Virus record (IMG/VR): IMGVR_UViG_3300037418_002133
Location: 1 to 64,000 of that record
DNA from: a virus
Length of the DNA stretch: 64,000 nt
Strand: one strand, 5' to 3'
Positions within the stretch are counted from its first letter, which is position 1, and each line of letters opens with the position of its first letter. This document shows, one piece after another, positions 55,487-63,744 of the stretch. The notes under the pieces were generated by a model. That model was not told the origin of the DNA. It did not search any database and saw only the letters and a list, made by a program, of their open reading frames with translations. The position numbers and the translations under genes are program-made.

Positions 55487-57079
55487 ATGCCTGAAACCAT
55501 TACCATTGCCAGCAATGCCGTCATCGCCAAGATCATCAACGCCACCAATCCGGTCAAGGATCTGGTGTCGCAATGTCTGAGCTATGTCGTTGAGGGCGCT
55601 GAATTTATGTCGGCGTTCGCAACGTCCGGCTGGGATGGGCGTTCGAGCTTCTTTGCACGGCGCACCTGTACGTTCCCGGCAGGCTTCGTGCATATGGTGC
55701 ATGGCGAACTCAAACGCGCCGGCTACGAGGTTCGCATCGTCAAGCGCCCCAATCCTTTGCCGCTCGGTCCGGAAAATCCGATCGTCGACGAGTTCGGCAA
55801 TGACGATCCCCGCTACGACTTTCAGCCTCGAACGCTGCGCCAGATCGAAAAACACGGGCGCGGCATCGTTCAGGTCGCAACGGGCGGCGGAAAAAGCAAG
55901 ATCGCCAAGCTGATCGCCATGCGTTACGGGCGCCCGACGCTGTTTCTGACCACGCGCGGCGTGCTGATGTACCAGATGAAGGACGCCTTCGAGCAGGATT
56001 GCAAGGTTCGCACCGGTGTCATTGGTGATGGTCACTGGGCGCCGACCAAAGGGTTCAACGTCGGCATGGTGCAGACCCTGGTGTCGCAGCTCGCCGAACC
56101 GGATCTCAACGCGGAGATTCGTGAAGTTCTGCGCCAGAACACCGAGAAGGGCGAGGGTCGAACCAAGGCGCAATGCACGGAACTGGGCAATCAGCGGTTC
56201 ACGCTCAAGACCAAGATTCGCGCCCGTGTCATCAAGTTCCTCGAAATGATGGAAGTGGTGATCGGCGAGGAAGCGCATGAAGCCGGCGGAAACTCCTATT
56301 ACGAGATCCTGAAATACTGCAAAAACGCCAATATCCGGGTTGCCCTGACCGCGACGCCGTTCATGCGCGAGAACATGCTCGACAATATGCGGCTGATGGC
56401 TGCATTCGGGCCGATTTTGATCAAGGTGTCGGAAAAGACGCTGATCGATCGCGGCATTCTGGCAAAGCCCTACTTCATGTATCGCTCGCCGGCGCCGCAT
56501 CCGAAGCTGCGCAAGACCTCGCCCTGGCAACGCGCCTACGAACTGGGTGTGGTCGAAGGGCCGCATCGCAATGCCGATATTGCCGCACTAGCCAAGACCG
56601 CGGCCAATCATGGTCTGTCGGTGCTTATTCTGGTTCAGCGCAAAAAGCACGGCCCCTTTCTGAAGAAGCTGCTGGAATCTCAAGGTTTGCGGGTCAAGCA
56701 AATTCAGGGCGAGAACGACCAGAACGAGCGCAAAAAGGCGCTGAACGATCTCGCGGCCGGACGCATCGACGTTCTGATCGGATCCACCATCGTCGATGTC
56801 GGCGTCGACGTGCCCTCGATCGGCATGGTCATTCTTGCTGGCGCCGGCAAGGCAGAGGTGGCGCTGCGTCAGCGCATCGGCCGCGGAATGCGCGCCAAGA
56901 AGGTTGGCCCGAACGTGGTGTTCATCGTCGATTTTACCGACGAATTGAACAAGCACCTGCGCGAGCACGCGAAACAACGCCGCGCCATCGTCGAAACAAC
57001 CGACGGCTTTGTGCAGGGCATTCTGCCAAAGGGCCAGGATTTTCCCTGGCACCTGTTCGCGAAAAAGAAAGCAGCGTGA
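55487..57079 (+). CDS. Superfamily 2 helicase
   Basis: ATGGGKS, EEAH, LTATP, GVDVP, QRIGRGMR. Confidence 0.92.
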   Translation: MPETITIASNAVIAKIINATNPVKDLVSQCLSYVVEGAEFMSAFATSGWDGRSSFFARRTCTFPAGFVHMVHGELKRAGYEVRIVKRPNPLPLGPENPIVDEFGNDDPRYDFQPRTLRQIEKHGRGIVQVATGGGKSKIAKLIAMRYGRPTLFLTTRGVLMYQMKDAFEQDCKVRTGVIGDGHWAPTKGFNVGMVQTLVSQLAEPDLNAEIREVLRQNTEKGEGRTKAQCTELGNQRFTLKTKIRARVIKFLEMMEVVIGEEAHEAGGNSYYEILKYCKNANIRVALTATPFMRENMLDNMRLMAAFGPILIKVSEKTLIDRGILAKPYFMYRSPAPHPKLRKTSPWQRAYELGVVEGPHRNADIAALAKTAANHGLSVLILVQRKKHGPFLKKLLESQGLRVKQIQGENDQNERKKALNDLAAGRIDVLIGSTIVDVGVDVPSIGMVILAGAGKAEVALRQRIGRGMRAKKVGPNVVFIVDFTDELNKHLREHAKQRRAIVETTDGFVQGILPKGQDFPWHLFAKKKAA

Positions 57080-57097
57080 GAGCGCTATATTCTGATC

Positions 57098-57283
57098 ATG
57101 CGCAGATTAGTCGACCCCATTCACCTGTTTGACGCCAAGGCGCGGCCACTCTCTTCCTACGATGCCATGGAAAAGCGGATAGCGATGCTGGAACGCCAGC
57201 TCGCGCGCGTGTTGCGGCTGCTTCGCGGTCAGCGACTGCGAGACGGACCCTCCCCGCCCGACGACAAACCGATCATTCATTAG
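57098..57283 (+). CDS. Hypothetical protein
   Basis: Fills the gap in the operon. Confidence 0.4.
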   Translation: MRRLVDPIHLFDAKARPLSSYDAMEKRIAMLERQLARVLRLLRGQRLRDGPSPPDDKPIIH

Positions 57284-57339
57284 CTCGCTCAACGACCTGA
57301 GCGGGCACAGTCACGCCTTATAAAGAAAGTCAGAACTGA

Positions 57340-57951
57340 ATGACAAACCCCGACAGTCTTCCCCGCTACATCGGCATTTGCGGCAATCCGAAGTCCGGTA
57401 AGTCGCTGGTTCAGCAGATTCTGATGGAACATTACAACGTCACGCCGGTCGATGACGGTTTCATCCTACGTTCGATCGCCATGCAGCATATGGGCGCCAG
57501 TCACAACGACGTTCACACCCAAGAAGGCAAGGCGCAGTTGGCCTATTGGCCCGACAAGACGCCGATCCTTGATGATCGCACCGGCGAGCATATGACCTGG
57601 CGTCTCGTGCTCGGTCGCGTTGGTGAACAGCTTGAACGTCTGATCGGCCCCTATGTAATGCCGATGACCGCGTGCGCGGCGTTGAGCGGCCCAGGCCCCT
57701 TCTCGTTCGGCTCGGTGCGCAAGGTGCAGGGCCGCTACTTCAAGGAGCGCGGCGGACTGATCATCGGCGTGCGCAACCCGATGGCGCAGCCGACCGGCAA
57801 TGCTTTCGACGTGTTCGACGAGAGCCTGGTCGACGTCTGGATCGAGAACGACGCGCTCTACCGCGGACTGAGCCATCGCGAGGCATTGGCGGATCTGGAA
57901 ACCAAGGTTGATCAGCTTGTTGCTGACTGCTCTTGGGCGCGAGCCGCCTGA
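57340..57951 (+). CDS. Deoxynucleoside monophosphate kinase-like protein
   Basis: IGICGNPKSGKS P-loop, T.R.VL..VG, I.ND. Confidence 0.75.
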   Translation: MTNPDSLPRYIGICGNPKSGKSLVQQILMEHYNVTPVDDGFILRSIAMQHMGASHNDVHTQEGKAQLAYWPDKTPILDDRTGEHMTWRLVLGRVGEQLERLIGPYVMPMTACAALSGPGPFSFGSVRKVQGRYFKERGGLIIGVRNPMAQPTGNAFDVFDESLVDVWIENDALYRGLSHREALADLETKVDQLVADCSWARAA

Positions 57952-58769
57952 TGGACAAGAAATCCGACCTTCTTCAGGTGATCTACGACAATCAGCATGT
58001 CGGCTGGTTGAGCGATCATTACGGCGCCGGCATCATGAAGCGGAATCCGCGATTCATTCGGGTCATCAGAGACACGCTGGAGAGCACTCTGGACGTTGAA
58101 TCGGTCAAGTCGGAGACTGTCGATCTTCCTCTGATCGTGCGCAAATTTCGGATCGACGAGGCTGAACTTGTCTCTCGGAAATTCGATCGGCCTCTGATCG
58201 ATGTGCCGCCTTATGCCGTCGAAAATCGCTCTCCTCTCGATTGTAGCGTCACCTATCACTGGATCGCCGCGCTGATCACTCTCGATCAGTACGAATGGCT
58301 GTTCGATCGGGAAACCTTCATTCCGACCGACACCATGCCGGCTCTCGAAGAGATCAAGTCTTTTTCGGGAATGAAGCCGACGCGCGTGTGGCTTGATGAA
58401 TATTTTGAATCGCCCGTGCCGATGTTCGACTCGGCAGAAGAAGCGCACGCCTACGACCCGCTTGATGCGATTTTGCCCAAGAAGATGCCGTCCTTCCACA
58501 TCAAGGCGGAAGACATCGTCGCCGGCACGGTCACATCAACCAAGCTCACGTCGGGGCCGAGGCTCGCCGACTATGTCGAGACGCCGCGCAAATACGGCAA
58601 ATCCATCATGTTGGAAAAGGCAAAATCGGAGATCATCGCGAAGCTGGAAGCTGATTTCGCCAAGTCAATGACAGTTGGTCTTTCTGAACCAGAATATTCT
58701 AGGTCGGGTGTTCTAACCGCTGAGAAGGTCCGCGAGGTCATGATGAAGCTGGAGTCGATGAAGCGATGA
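57951..58769 (+). CDS. Hypothetical protein
   Basis: ATG at 57951 overlaps the upstream stop. Confidence 0.65.
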   Translation: MDKKSDLLQVIYDNQHVGWLSDHYGAGIMKRNPRFIRVIRDTLESTLDVESVKSETVDLPLIVRKFRIDEAELVSRKFDRPLIDVPPYAVENRSPLDCSVTYHWIAALITLDQYEWLFDRETFIPTDTMPALEEIKSFSGMKPTRVWLDEYFESPVPMFDSAEEAHAYDPLDAILPKKMPSFHIKAEDIVAGTVTSTKLTSGPRLADYVETPRKYGKSIMLEKAKSEIIAKLEADFAKSMTVGLSEPEYSRSGVLTAEKVREVMMKLESMKR

Positions 58770-59218
58770 GCGTCGAAAAGGAATATTTCAAAACCTCGAC
58801 GATATCGAACGACTTCTTTCGTTTAATTGCTGGTACGCAGTTGGGCGCAGGCTGCTTTCGCGAAGTTTATCGGTGCAGCATCGATCCTACGATGGTTATC
58901 AAATTCGAGGTCGGCTCCGGCGACTTCAACAATGTTGCCGAGTGGGATATCTGGAGCAATCTGAAGGATCACCCCAAGCTCGGTAAATGGCTGGCGCCGT
59001 GTATTGCCATTTCGCCATGCGGGTCGATTCTGCTTCAGCGCTATGCCGGGCCTCTGCCGGACAACAAGCTGCCCAAGAAAGTTCCGGCATTCTTCACCGA
59101 CATCAAGTCCGACAACTGGGGCCTGATCAACGGTCGGCCGGTCTGTCGCGACTACGGCCATCATCGCCTTTATACCGTCGGACCCTCCGCCAGGCTGATC
59201 AAGGCCAATTGGCGCTAA
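58766..59218 (+). CDS. Minimal protein-kinase-fold protein
   Basis: LGAGCFREVY, VIK, N..EW, DIKSDNWG, DYG. Confidence 0.7.
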   Translation: MSVEKEYFKTSTISNDFFRLIAGTQLGAGCFREVYRCSIDPTMVIKFEVGSGDFNNVAEWDIWSNLKDHPKLGKWLAPCIAISPCGSILLQRYAGPLPDNKLPKKVPAFFTDIKSDNWGLINGRPVCRDYGHHRLYTVGPSARLIKANWR

Positions 59219-59295
59219 TTTAGGCTTTTCCGAATCAACACCGTGCTTTATGGAACTCTCTTTAGCGATTTAGCGAAATCGTTAAGGGGAAATTC

Positions 59296-59931
59296 GTGAT
59301 AGCAATCGCCTGTCTGTCGCAGAAAGGCGGGGTCGGTAAATCGACCCTCGCCCGGCTCATCGCCAAGACCTATGCCTCGGGGCAATGGCGGGTCAAAATC
59401 GGCGATTTTAACGTCAAACAGAAAACCTCGGTCGATTGGGCGGCAATCCGGCTCAGTCAGAACGTCGAGCCCGAGATCCAGGCCGAAGCCTTCAACGACG
59501 TCACCAAGGCCATGCGTGACGACTTCGACCTGATGGTGTTCGACGGCAAGCCCGATTCAGACACCCAGACCATCCGGCTTGCCCAGGAAAGCGTCCTTAC
59601 GGTCATTCCAACCGGGGTCTCCTCGGACGACCTGGTGCCACAGGTGCGGTTCGCTCAGGAGCTGAAGATCCGCGGCATCGACAGCCGCAAGATCATCTTC
59701 GTCCTCAACAAGACCACAGACTCGCTCGCAGCCATCATGGATGCGCGCAACTTCCTCAAGACGGCCGGCTTTACAGTGGCGAAAAGCTGGCTCCCGATGA
59801 AAACCGCCTACATCAACGCCCACAATTCCGGTCGAACGTTGTCGGAGACTGACTTTCCGACCCTCAACGATCGTGCCGAAGCTCTTGCACAGGAGATCAT
59901 CGACCATGTCACCAGCCTCGAACGGGCCTGA
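59296..59931 (+). CDS. parA: ParA partition ATPase (type Ib-like, no N-terminal HTH)
   Basis: QKGGVGKST, D.N.Q, FDGKP. Confidence 0.9.
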   Translation: MIAIACLSQKGGVGKSTLARLIAKTYASGQWRVKIGDFNVKQKTSVDWAAIRLSQNVEPEIQAEAFNDVTKAMRDDFDLMVFDGKPDSDTQTIRLAQESVLTVIPTGVSSDDLVPQVRFAQELKIRGIDSRKIIFVLNKTTDSLAAIMDARNFLKTAGFTVAKSWLPMKTAYINAHNSGRTLSETDFPTLNDRAEALAQEIIDHVTSLERA

Positions 59932-60205
59932 AACCAAGGGCGTCAAAGTCCCCTCGCCTCCCCAGCGTCGCGGCATCATCGCCCAAGTCCCAACACCCGT
60001 CGCGGCGCCGGACAACCTGTCCAAGCCCAACTCCGGACTACAGGATATGAATTTCAAGATGTCGCCTGAATTTCATCGCGCCTTCAAAATCACCGCCTCG
60101 ATCCGCGGCATGGCGATGAAGGATTTGCTTGAAGCCTCGTTCCGATGCTGGGTAGAACATTACGGCGACGATCAAGCCAAAGCTCTCCTTCCTCCGAAAG
60201 AATGA
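59906..60205 (+). CDS. ParG/RHH-like partition partner
   Basis: Disordered N-terminus plus MNFKMSPEFHRAFKITA..GM.MKDLL. Confidence 0.7.
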   Translation: MSPASNGPETKGVKVPSPPQRRGIIAQVPTPVAAPDNLSKPNSGLQDMNFKMSPEFHRAFKITASIRGMAMKDLLEASFRCWVEHYGDDQAKALLPPKE

Positions 60206-60206
60206 C

Positions 60207-60437
60207 ATGCGTTCACTGATTTTGCTGTCCACGCTTCTGCTCGCCGGCTGCGGAGGTGGCTGGAATAGACTCGACCCGCCCCTGATTGATATGTCCGGCG
60301 TCGATCGCGCCAAGTACGACCAGGATCTCGCCTATTGCACCAAGCTCAAGGCGGAATCGACCTTCGTGGGCAATGCGCAGTTGATTAGCCGCTGCATGAC
60401 TGAACGCGGCTACCGGGTCACCAGCGCCAGAACGTAA
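60207..60437 (+). CDS. Small lipoprotein
   Basis: Lipobox LLAGC; C...CM.ERGY. Confidence 0.75.
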   Translation: MRSLILLSTLLLAGCGGGWNRLDPPLIDMSGVDRAKYDQDLAYCTKLKAESTFVGNAQLISRCMTERGYRVTSART

Positions 60438-60455
60438 ATCGATTTGAGGTTCACG

Positions 60456-60671
60456 ATGTCACTTCACGACGATCTCTTGCGAATGGCGCGTCTGGTTCAA
60501 AAGGACGAAGCGCGCATCGGCGTCTACTCTACCGGTGAGGTCATTGCTGTCGCGCTCATTCTCAATCGACCGGATCTGCTTCCACCCAGATACAGCAAGA
60601 TCCTCGAAGCGGTTGATCGGCTTGGCGAAGAGTGGTTCCAGGTCGCCATCCAGGTGCAGCGCGAACTCTAG
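60456..60671 (+). CDS. Hypothetical protein
   Basis: GAGG RBS plus ATG at 60456. Confidence 0.6.
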   Translation: MSLHDDLLRMARLVQKDEARIGVYSTGEVIAVALILNRPDLLPPRYSKILEAVDRLGEEWFQVAIQVQREL

Positions 60672-61160
60672 CCTGCGACAAGGTTAGGGCAATATTCCTA
60701 TTGGTGCGGGGATCCGGATGATGTATCCGGGAGTTGGCATGGGTCAATTCTTGTGACAAGGTTAGGACGGAAAAGCTGTCGAGGGGCCAGAAGGCAATGC
60801 CTTCGCTGCATCGCACAAAAACCTAAGACATCGCATCTGTTGCAATTATGCAACACACGACGCGTCCCGCGAAACGCGTGACATTTCCGCAACACAGCGT
60901 TTCTTGCGATTCTGTGTTTGTGCAGCGCACAATAAAATAAACACGATTTCGCATTGCAACATGCTATGCGCAAAATGCATAACACGATTTAGTTAAGTAG
61001 TGATAATTATGTCACACGTGCTGCTGCAACAAATCTGTAGCATGATCAAGTCACGAATTGTTACACTCTGTAACATCATGTGATTTGTTCGCGTTGCTGT
61101 AACACGTTATAACTTAGTCACGTTAGCAATGACGCTAACACTACAGAGTGAGAAACGACG

Positions 61161-61778
61161 ATGACGAAAGTTAATGACAAGATCGCGAACTACGTTGCAG
61201 AACTCAACAGCGCGCTTGACGCTCGCGCTTCGTATGAACACGACAAGAGCGCTGCGAACGACTCGATTCAGACGTGCATCGCAGCGCTTCGTAAGAGCGT
61301 CACACACGTCGATATTGCGAGCGTGCTACTCTCATGCGACGTCGATTCAAACTTCATCAATCGCAGCGAGCGTTCGAATAATCGTTATAACGTCTACGCT
61401 GCACAGAAAGTCGACAACGTCGCGCGCGCTGTCAAAAGCGTTGCAGAACTGAATCACTATTCGCTTGCGATCTTGCGCGTTGCGCTCGCTGTCGAAAAGA
61501 TCGACTCTAAGCTGTCGCACAAAGACGCTGTAGCAGCGTGCAGCGCGTCTGTGAAGCACAGCGACGCGAAGCGCGAATCAATCATCAAGTCGCTACGCTA
61601 CGCAAAGCACGTCGCTGCAAATACAGCGTCAACGCAATCGTCGTCGTCGATTAACGCGCTTCAAACGTGTCACATTCTGAGCGAAGCGCGCGATGCTGCG
61701 AACAACATCGTCTACAGCGTCAATCGCGAGAGCGAAGCGTTCAAGACGCTCGCGAAGAGATACGAACTCGCGATCTGA
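61161..61778 (+). CDS. 205-aa protein lacking Gly, Pro and Trp; possible C-terminal winged helix
   Basis: Intact ORF with GAGAAACGACG-ATG leader and downstream hairpin; fold is a guess. Confidence 0.8.
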   Translation: MTKVNDKIANYVAELNSALDARASYEHDKSAANDSIQTCIAALRKSVTHVDIASVLLSCDVDSNFINRSERSNNRYNVYAAQKVDNVARAVKSVAELNHYSLAILRVALAVEKIDSKLSHKDAVAACSASVKHSDAKRESIIKSLRYAKHVAANTASTQSSSSINALQTCHILSEARDAANNIVYSVNRESEAFKTLAKRYELAI

Positions 61779-61788
61779 CAACGCAATG

Positions 61789-61816
61789 CAGAGTGACGCT
61801 TCACAGCGTCACTCTG
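61789..61816. terminator. 12-bp hairpin after the island gene (terminator or processing site)
   Basis: CAGAGTGACGCT-tcac-AGCGTCACTCTG. Confidence 0.55.
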
Positions 61817-61880
61817 TAACATCACTTAATCAAGTCACCGCAAACACAGAGCTAGAACAATGCAGCATGAGAAACGACTA

Positions 61881-62045
61881 ATGAAGCAACGCGAATCAGC
61901 GCGCGTCGAAAAGTACAAGCGCGCGTTTGACTGCGACTCTGTTGACGCTGATTATCTATTCGACGACGTCGCACGCGACTGTGACGCGACGTTAGCAGCG
62001 ATCGAACTGCGAGAATCGATCACGCGCTACGCGATAGCGCACTAG
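61881..62045 (+). CDS. 54-aa acidic protein lacking Gly, Pro and Trp
   Basis: Same TGAGAAACGAC leader as 61161; ATG at 61881. Confidence 0.6.
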   Translation: MKQRESARVEKYKRAFDCDSVDADYLFDDVARDCDATLAAIELRESITRYAIAH

Positions 62046-62056
62046 ACGCGTGACAT

Positions 62057-62097
62057 AGTCGAAAGTCTATAGACGAAAGTTTATTAGACTTTCGACT
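62057..62097. repeat. 13-bp inverted repeat closing the island
   Basis: AGTCGAAAGTCTA...TAGACTTTCGACT. Confidence 0.8.
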
Positions 62098-62127
62098 GTG
62101 ACATTTAAGCCTCACTGTTGCTCTGAA

Positions 62128-62161
62128 GCCACTGTGGTATGCCCGCCACAGTGGCATTTTT
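62128..62161 (+). terminator. Rho-independent terminator
   Basis: GCCACTGTGG/CCACAGTGGC stem plus ATTTTT. Confidence 0.65.
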
Positions 62162-62169
62162 GCCACAGG

Positions 62170-62360
62170 CGAACCCCATGGGGAGGGTAAGGCAGACCTG
62201 AAATCCCAAGGATTTCAAGCGGTCTGCCGATCCCATGGATCCCACCGGTTCCTAATCCCATACCTAGTGACCGGTTCCCATGCCCATCCATGGCGATCGG
62301 TTCCGGACGCCAAAACCCATGGCAGGCTTCCTTGCCGGACAGGGCACCCATAGCAGGCGC
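62170..62360. repeat. CCATGG/CCGGTTCC-rich block 1
   Basis: CCATGG at 62176, 62233, 62288, 62317. Confidence 0.8.
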
Positions 62361-62380
62361 CCTCTCCTTTTGGCTGCTGG

Positions 62381-62548
62381 CTACTCCTCGGCTGTGCCAG
62401 GCACCATCCACACCGACGAGGAAGCCCCGTAGACGTCAGTACGACGAGCGAACATCGACGACATGCGAGCGATTTCCATGAGCTTGTTTATGCATCCGAA
62501 GCGCATAAGCCCAAACGTATTCAACTTGGGCTGATAGAGGATGATCAT
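62381..62548 (-). CDS. Small hypothetical protein
   Basis: GAGGA RBS plus ATG at 62548. Confidence 0.45.
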   Translation of the reverse strand: MIILYQPKLNTFGLMRFGCINKLMEIARMSSMFARRTDVYGASSSVWMVPGTAEE

Positions 62549-62558
62549 GGTGTTTTCC

Positions 62559-62630
62559 TCAGATGAAGAAGGCGGCGATGATGAAGGCCCCAACGATCAT
62601 GATGGGGTAGCTGATGAACTCGTCGAGCAT
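62559..62630 (-). CDS. 23-aa hydrophobic micropeptide MLDEFISYPIMIVGAFIIAAFFI
   Basis: ATG overlaps the upstream stop (TGATG); fills the gap between two genes. Confidence 0.55.
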   Translation of the reverse strand: MLDEFISYPIMIVGAFIIAAFFI

Positions 62631-62866
62631 CACTGGAACTCCACCGGTACGAAGCCGAGGCTGCGGCTGGCGTTCTCCAGGTGCGACCGGGCGATGTCGA
62701 GGGAATATATTCCGCTCTCGTCCTTGGAGATTTGCTTCACCGCAGCGTTGAGCCAGGTCAGGGCGTAGCGCAGGTGTTCCTCAGCGTCGGTATCGGCGAA
62801 GCGACCGATAGCGTTCAGGACGCTCATACGGGCGCGATTGACGAGTGCGAGGCGCTTGCTTCTCAT
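62630..62866 (-). CDS. Small hypothetical protein
   Basis: GGAG RBS. Confidence 0.6.
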   Translation of the reverse strand: MRSKRLALVNRARMSVLNAIGRFADTDAEEHLRYALTWLNAAVKQISKDESGIYSLDIARSHLENASRSLGFVPVEFQ

Positions 62867-63076
62867 TTTCGATCTCCGTGTTTGCTCAACACAAAGATCG
62901 TCGCATATCGCCTTGTGGGATGCGGTCGGGCGTATAAGGCGAGTTTATACGGCCTGGCGTTTACGGACCGGCCTGGCGATGGAAGACGGCCTGGCCGAGG
63001 ATGACCGGACCGGCCTGAAGCCCATGGAGCGCCATGCCTGCCCATGGAGGACCGAGGGATCTCTAAGGGCGCGTAA

Positions 63077-63110
63077 AACCCTATAGATATATAAATATAT
63101 CTATAGGGTT
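63077..63110. repeat. AT-rich palindrome with 16-bp arms
   Basis: AACCCTATAGATATAT-aa-ATATATCTATAGGGTT. Confidence 0.9.
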
Positions 63111-63123
63111 GGGATGCGAACGG

Positions 63124-63390
63124 CTACGCGAGGCAAAGCTCGCTGGACTGACGGGCTGCTTCTTCGATGCACAGCGCGACGAGGTGCTGGGCGTTGAAGG
63201 CTTTCTCGTGGAGCATCGCTTCGTTGATCGCGGGATCGATCTTGCTGATGGTCATTTCGTTGGTGTCGTAGTTGTAGGACGACGTGAACAGCACGGTATC
63301 TTTGTAGATCGCGCTGAAGGCGCATTCGGGGTTCATCGGGTGCGCGTCGTTGGAAAGCTCGATCTTGATGGTCTTGAGGGTGCTTTGCAT
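63124..63390 (-). CDS. 88-aa protein, GG-free coding strand (no Gly or Trp)
   Basis: GAGAG RBS; no CC on the + strand across the gene. Confidence 0.7.
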   Translation of the reverse strand: MQSTLKTIKIELSNDAHPMNPECAFSAIYKDTVLFTSSYNYDTNEMTISKIDPAINEAMLHEKAFNAQHLVALCIEEAARQSSELCLA

Positions 63391-63453
63391 GTTAGCTCTC
63401 GTTTGTGTGAACGTGAGAACTATCTCACGTTCACTTTTGGGATGCGAACGGGC

Positions 63454-63744
63454 TCAGACGGTCATGTCGAAGGAGATCTTCATGGTCTCGTCGACGATCA
63501 GCTTGCGGAGGGTTTCACTGGAGTTGCAGCGGTAGTAGACGCTGTCTCCCGCAGCAGCTTGCGCGTCGTTGGGATCGAACTCGCTGTCATGGAGCTGCGT
63601 GACGCGCACAGCGAAGCATTTGGTGTCGTCTTTGGCGATCGCGCACGCTTCGATGACGGTCCTTTGGTTCATGACGGAGAAGAAGCGCTCGCCTAAGTCT
63701 TGCGACATGAGGGAATCGAAAGTGGTTTTGTCGATCTGGTGCAT
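63454..63744 (-). CDS. 96-aa protein, GG-depleted coding strand
   Basis: GAGAG RBS, ATG at 63744, downstream of TATACT and the palindrome. Confidence 0.7.
   Translation of the reverse strand: MHQIDKTTFDSLMSQDLGERFFSVMNQRTVIEACAIAKDDTKCFAVRVTQLHDSEFDPNDAQAAAGDSVYYRCNSSETLRKLIVDETMKISFDMTV

Larger units (their letters stand above)
60889..62109. other. GG/CC-dinucleotide-free island
   Basis: Read base by base: no GG, and a single CC (61838-61839), in 1221 bp. Confidence 0.95.

Noticed and set aside
60889-62109. GG/CC absence as a homopolymer-collapse or assembly artefact
   Set aside because: AA, TT and AAAA runs persist, ORFs and hairpins are intact, and a strand-specific version occurs nearby
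63077-63110. Protelomerase target (linear plasmid telomere)
   Set aside because: The centre is imperfect and no protelomerase gene is in the window
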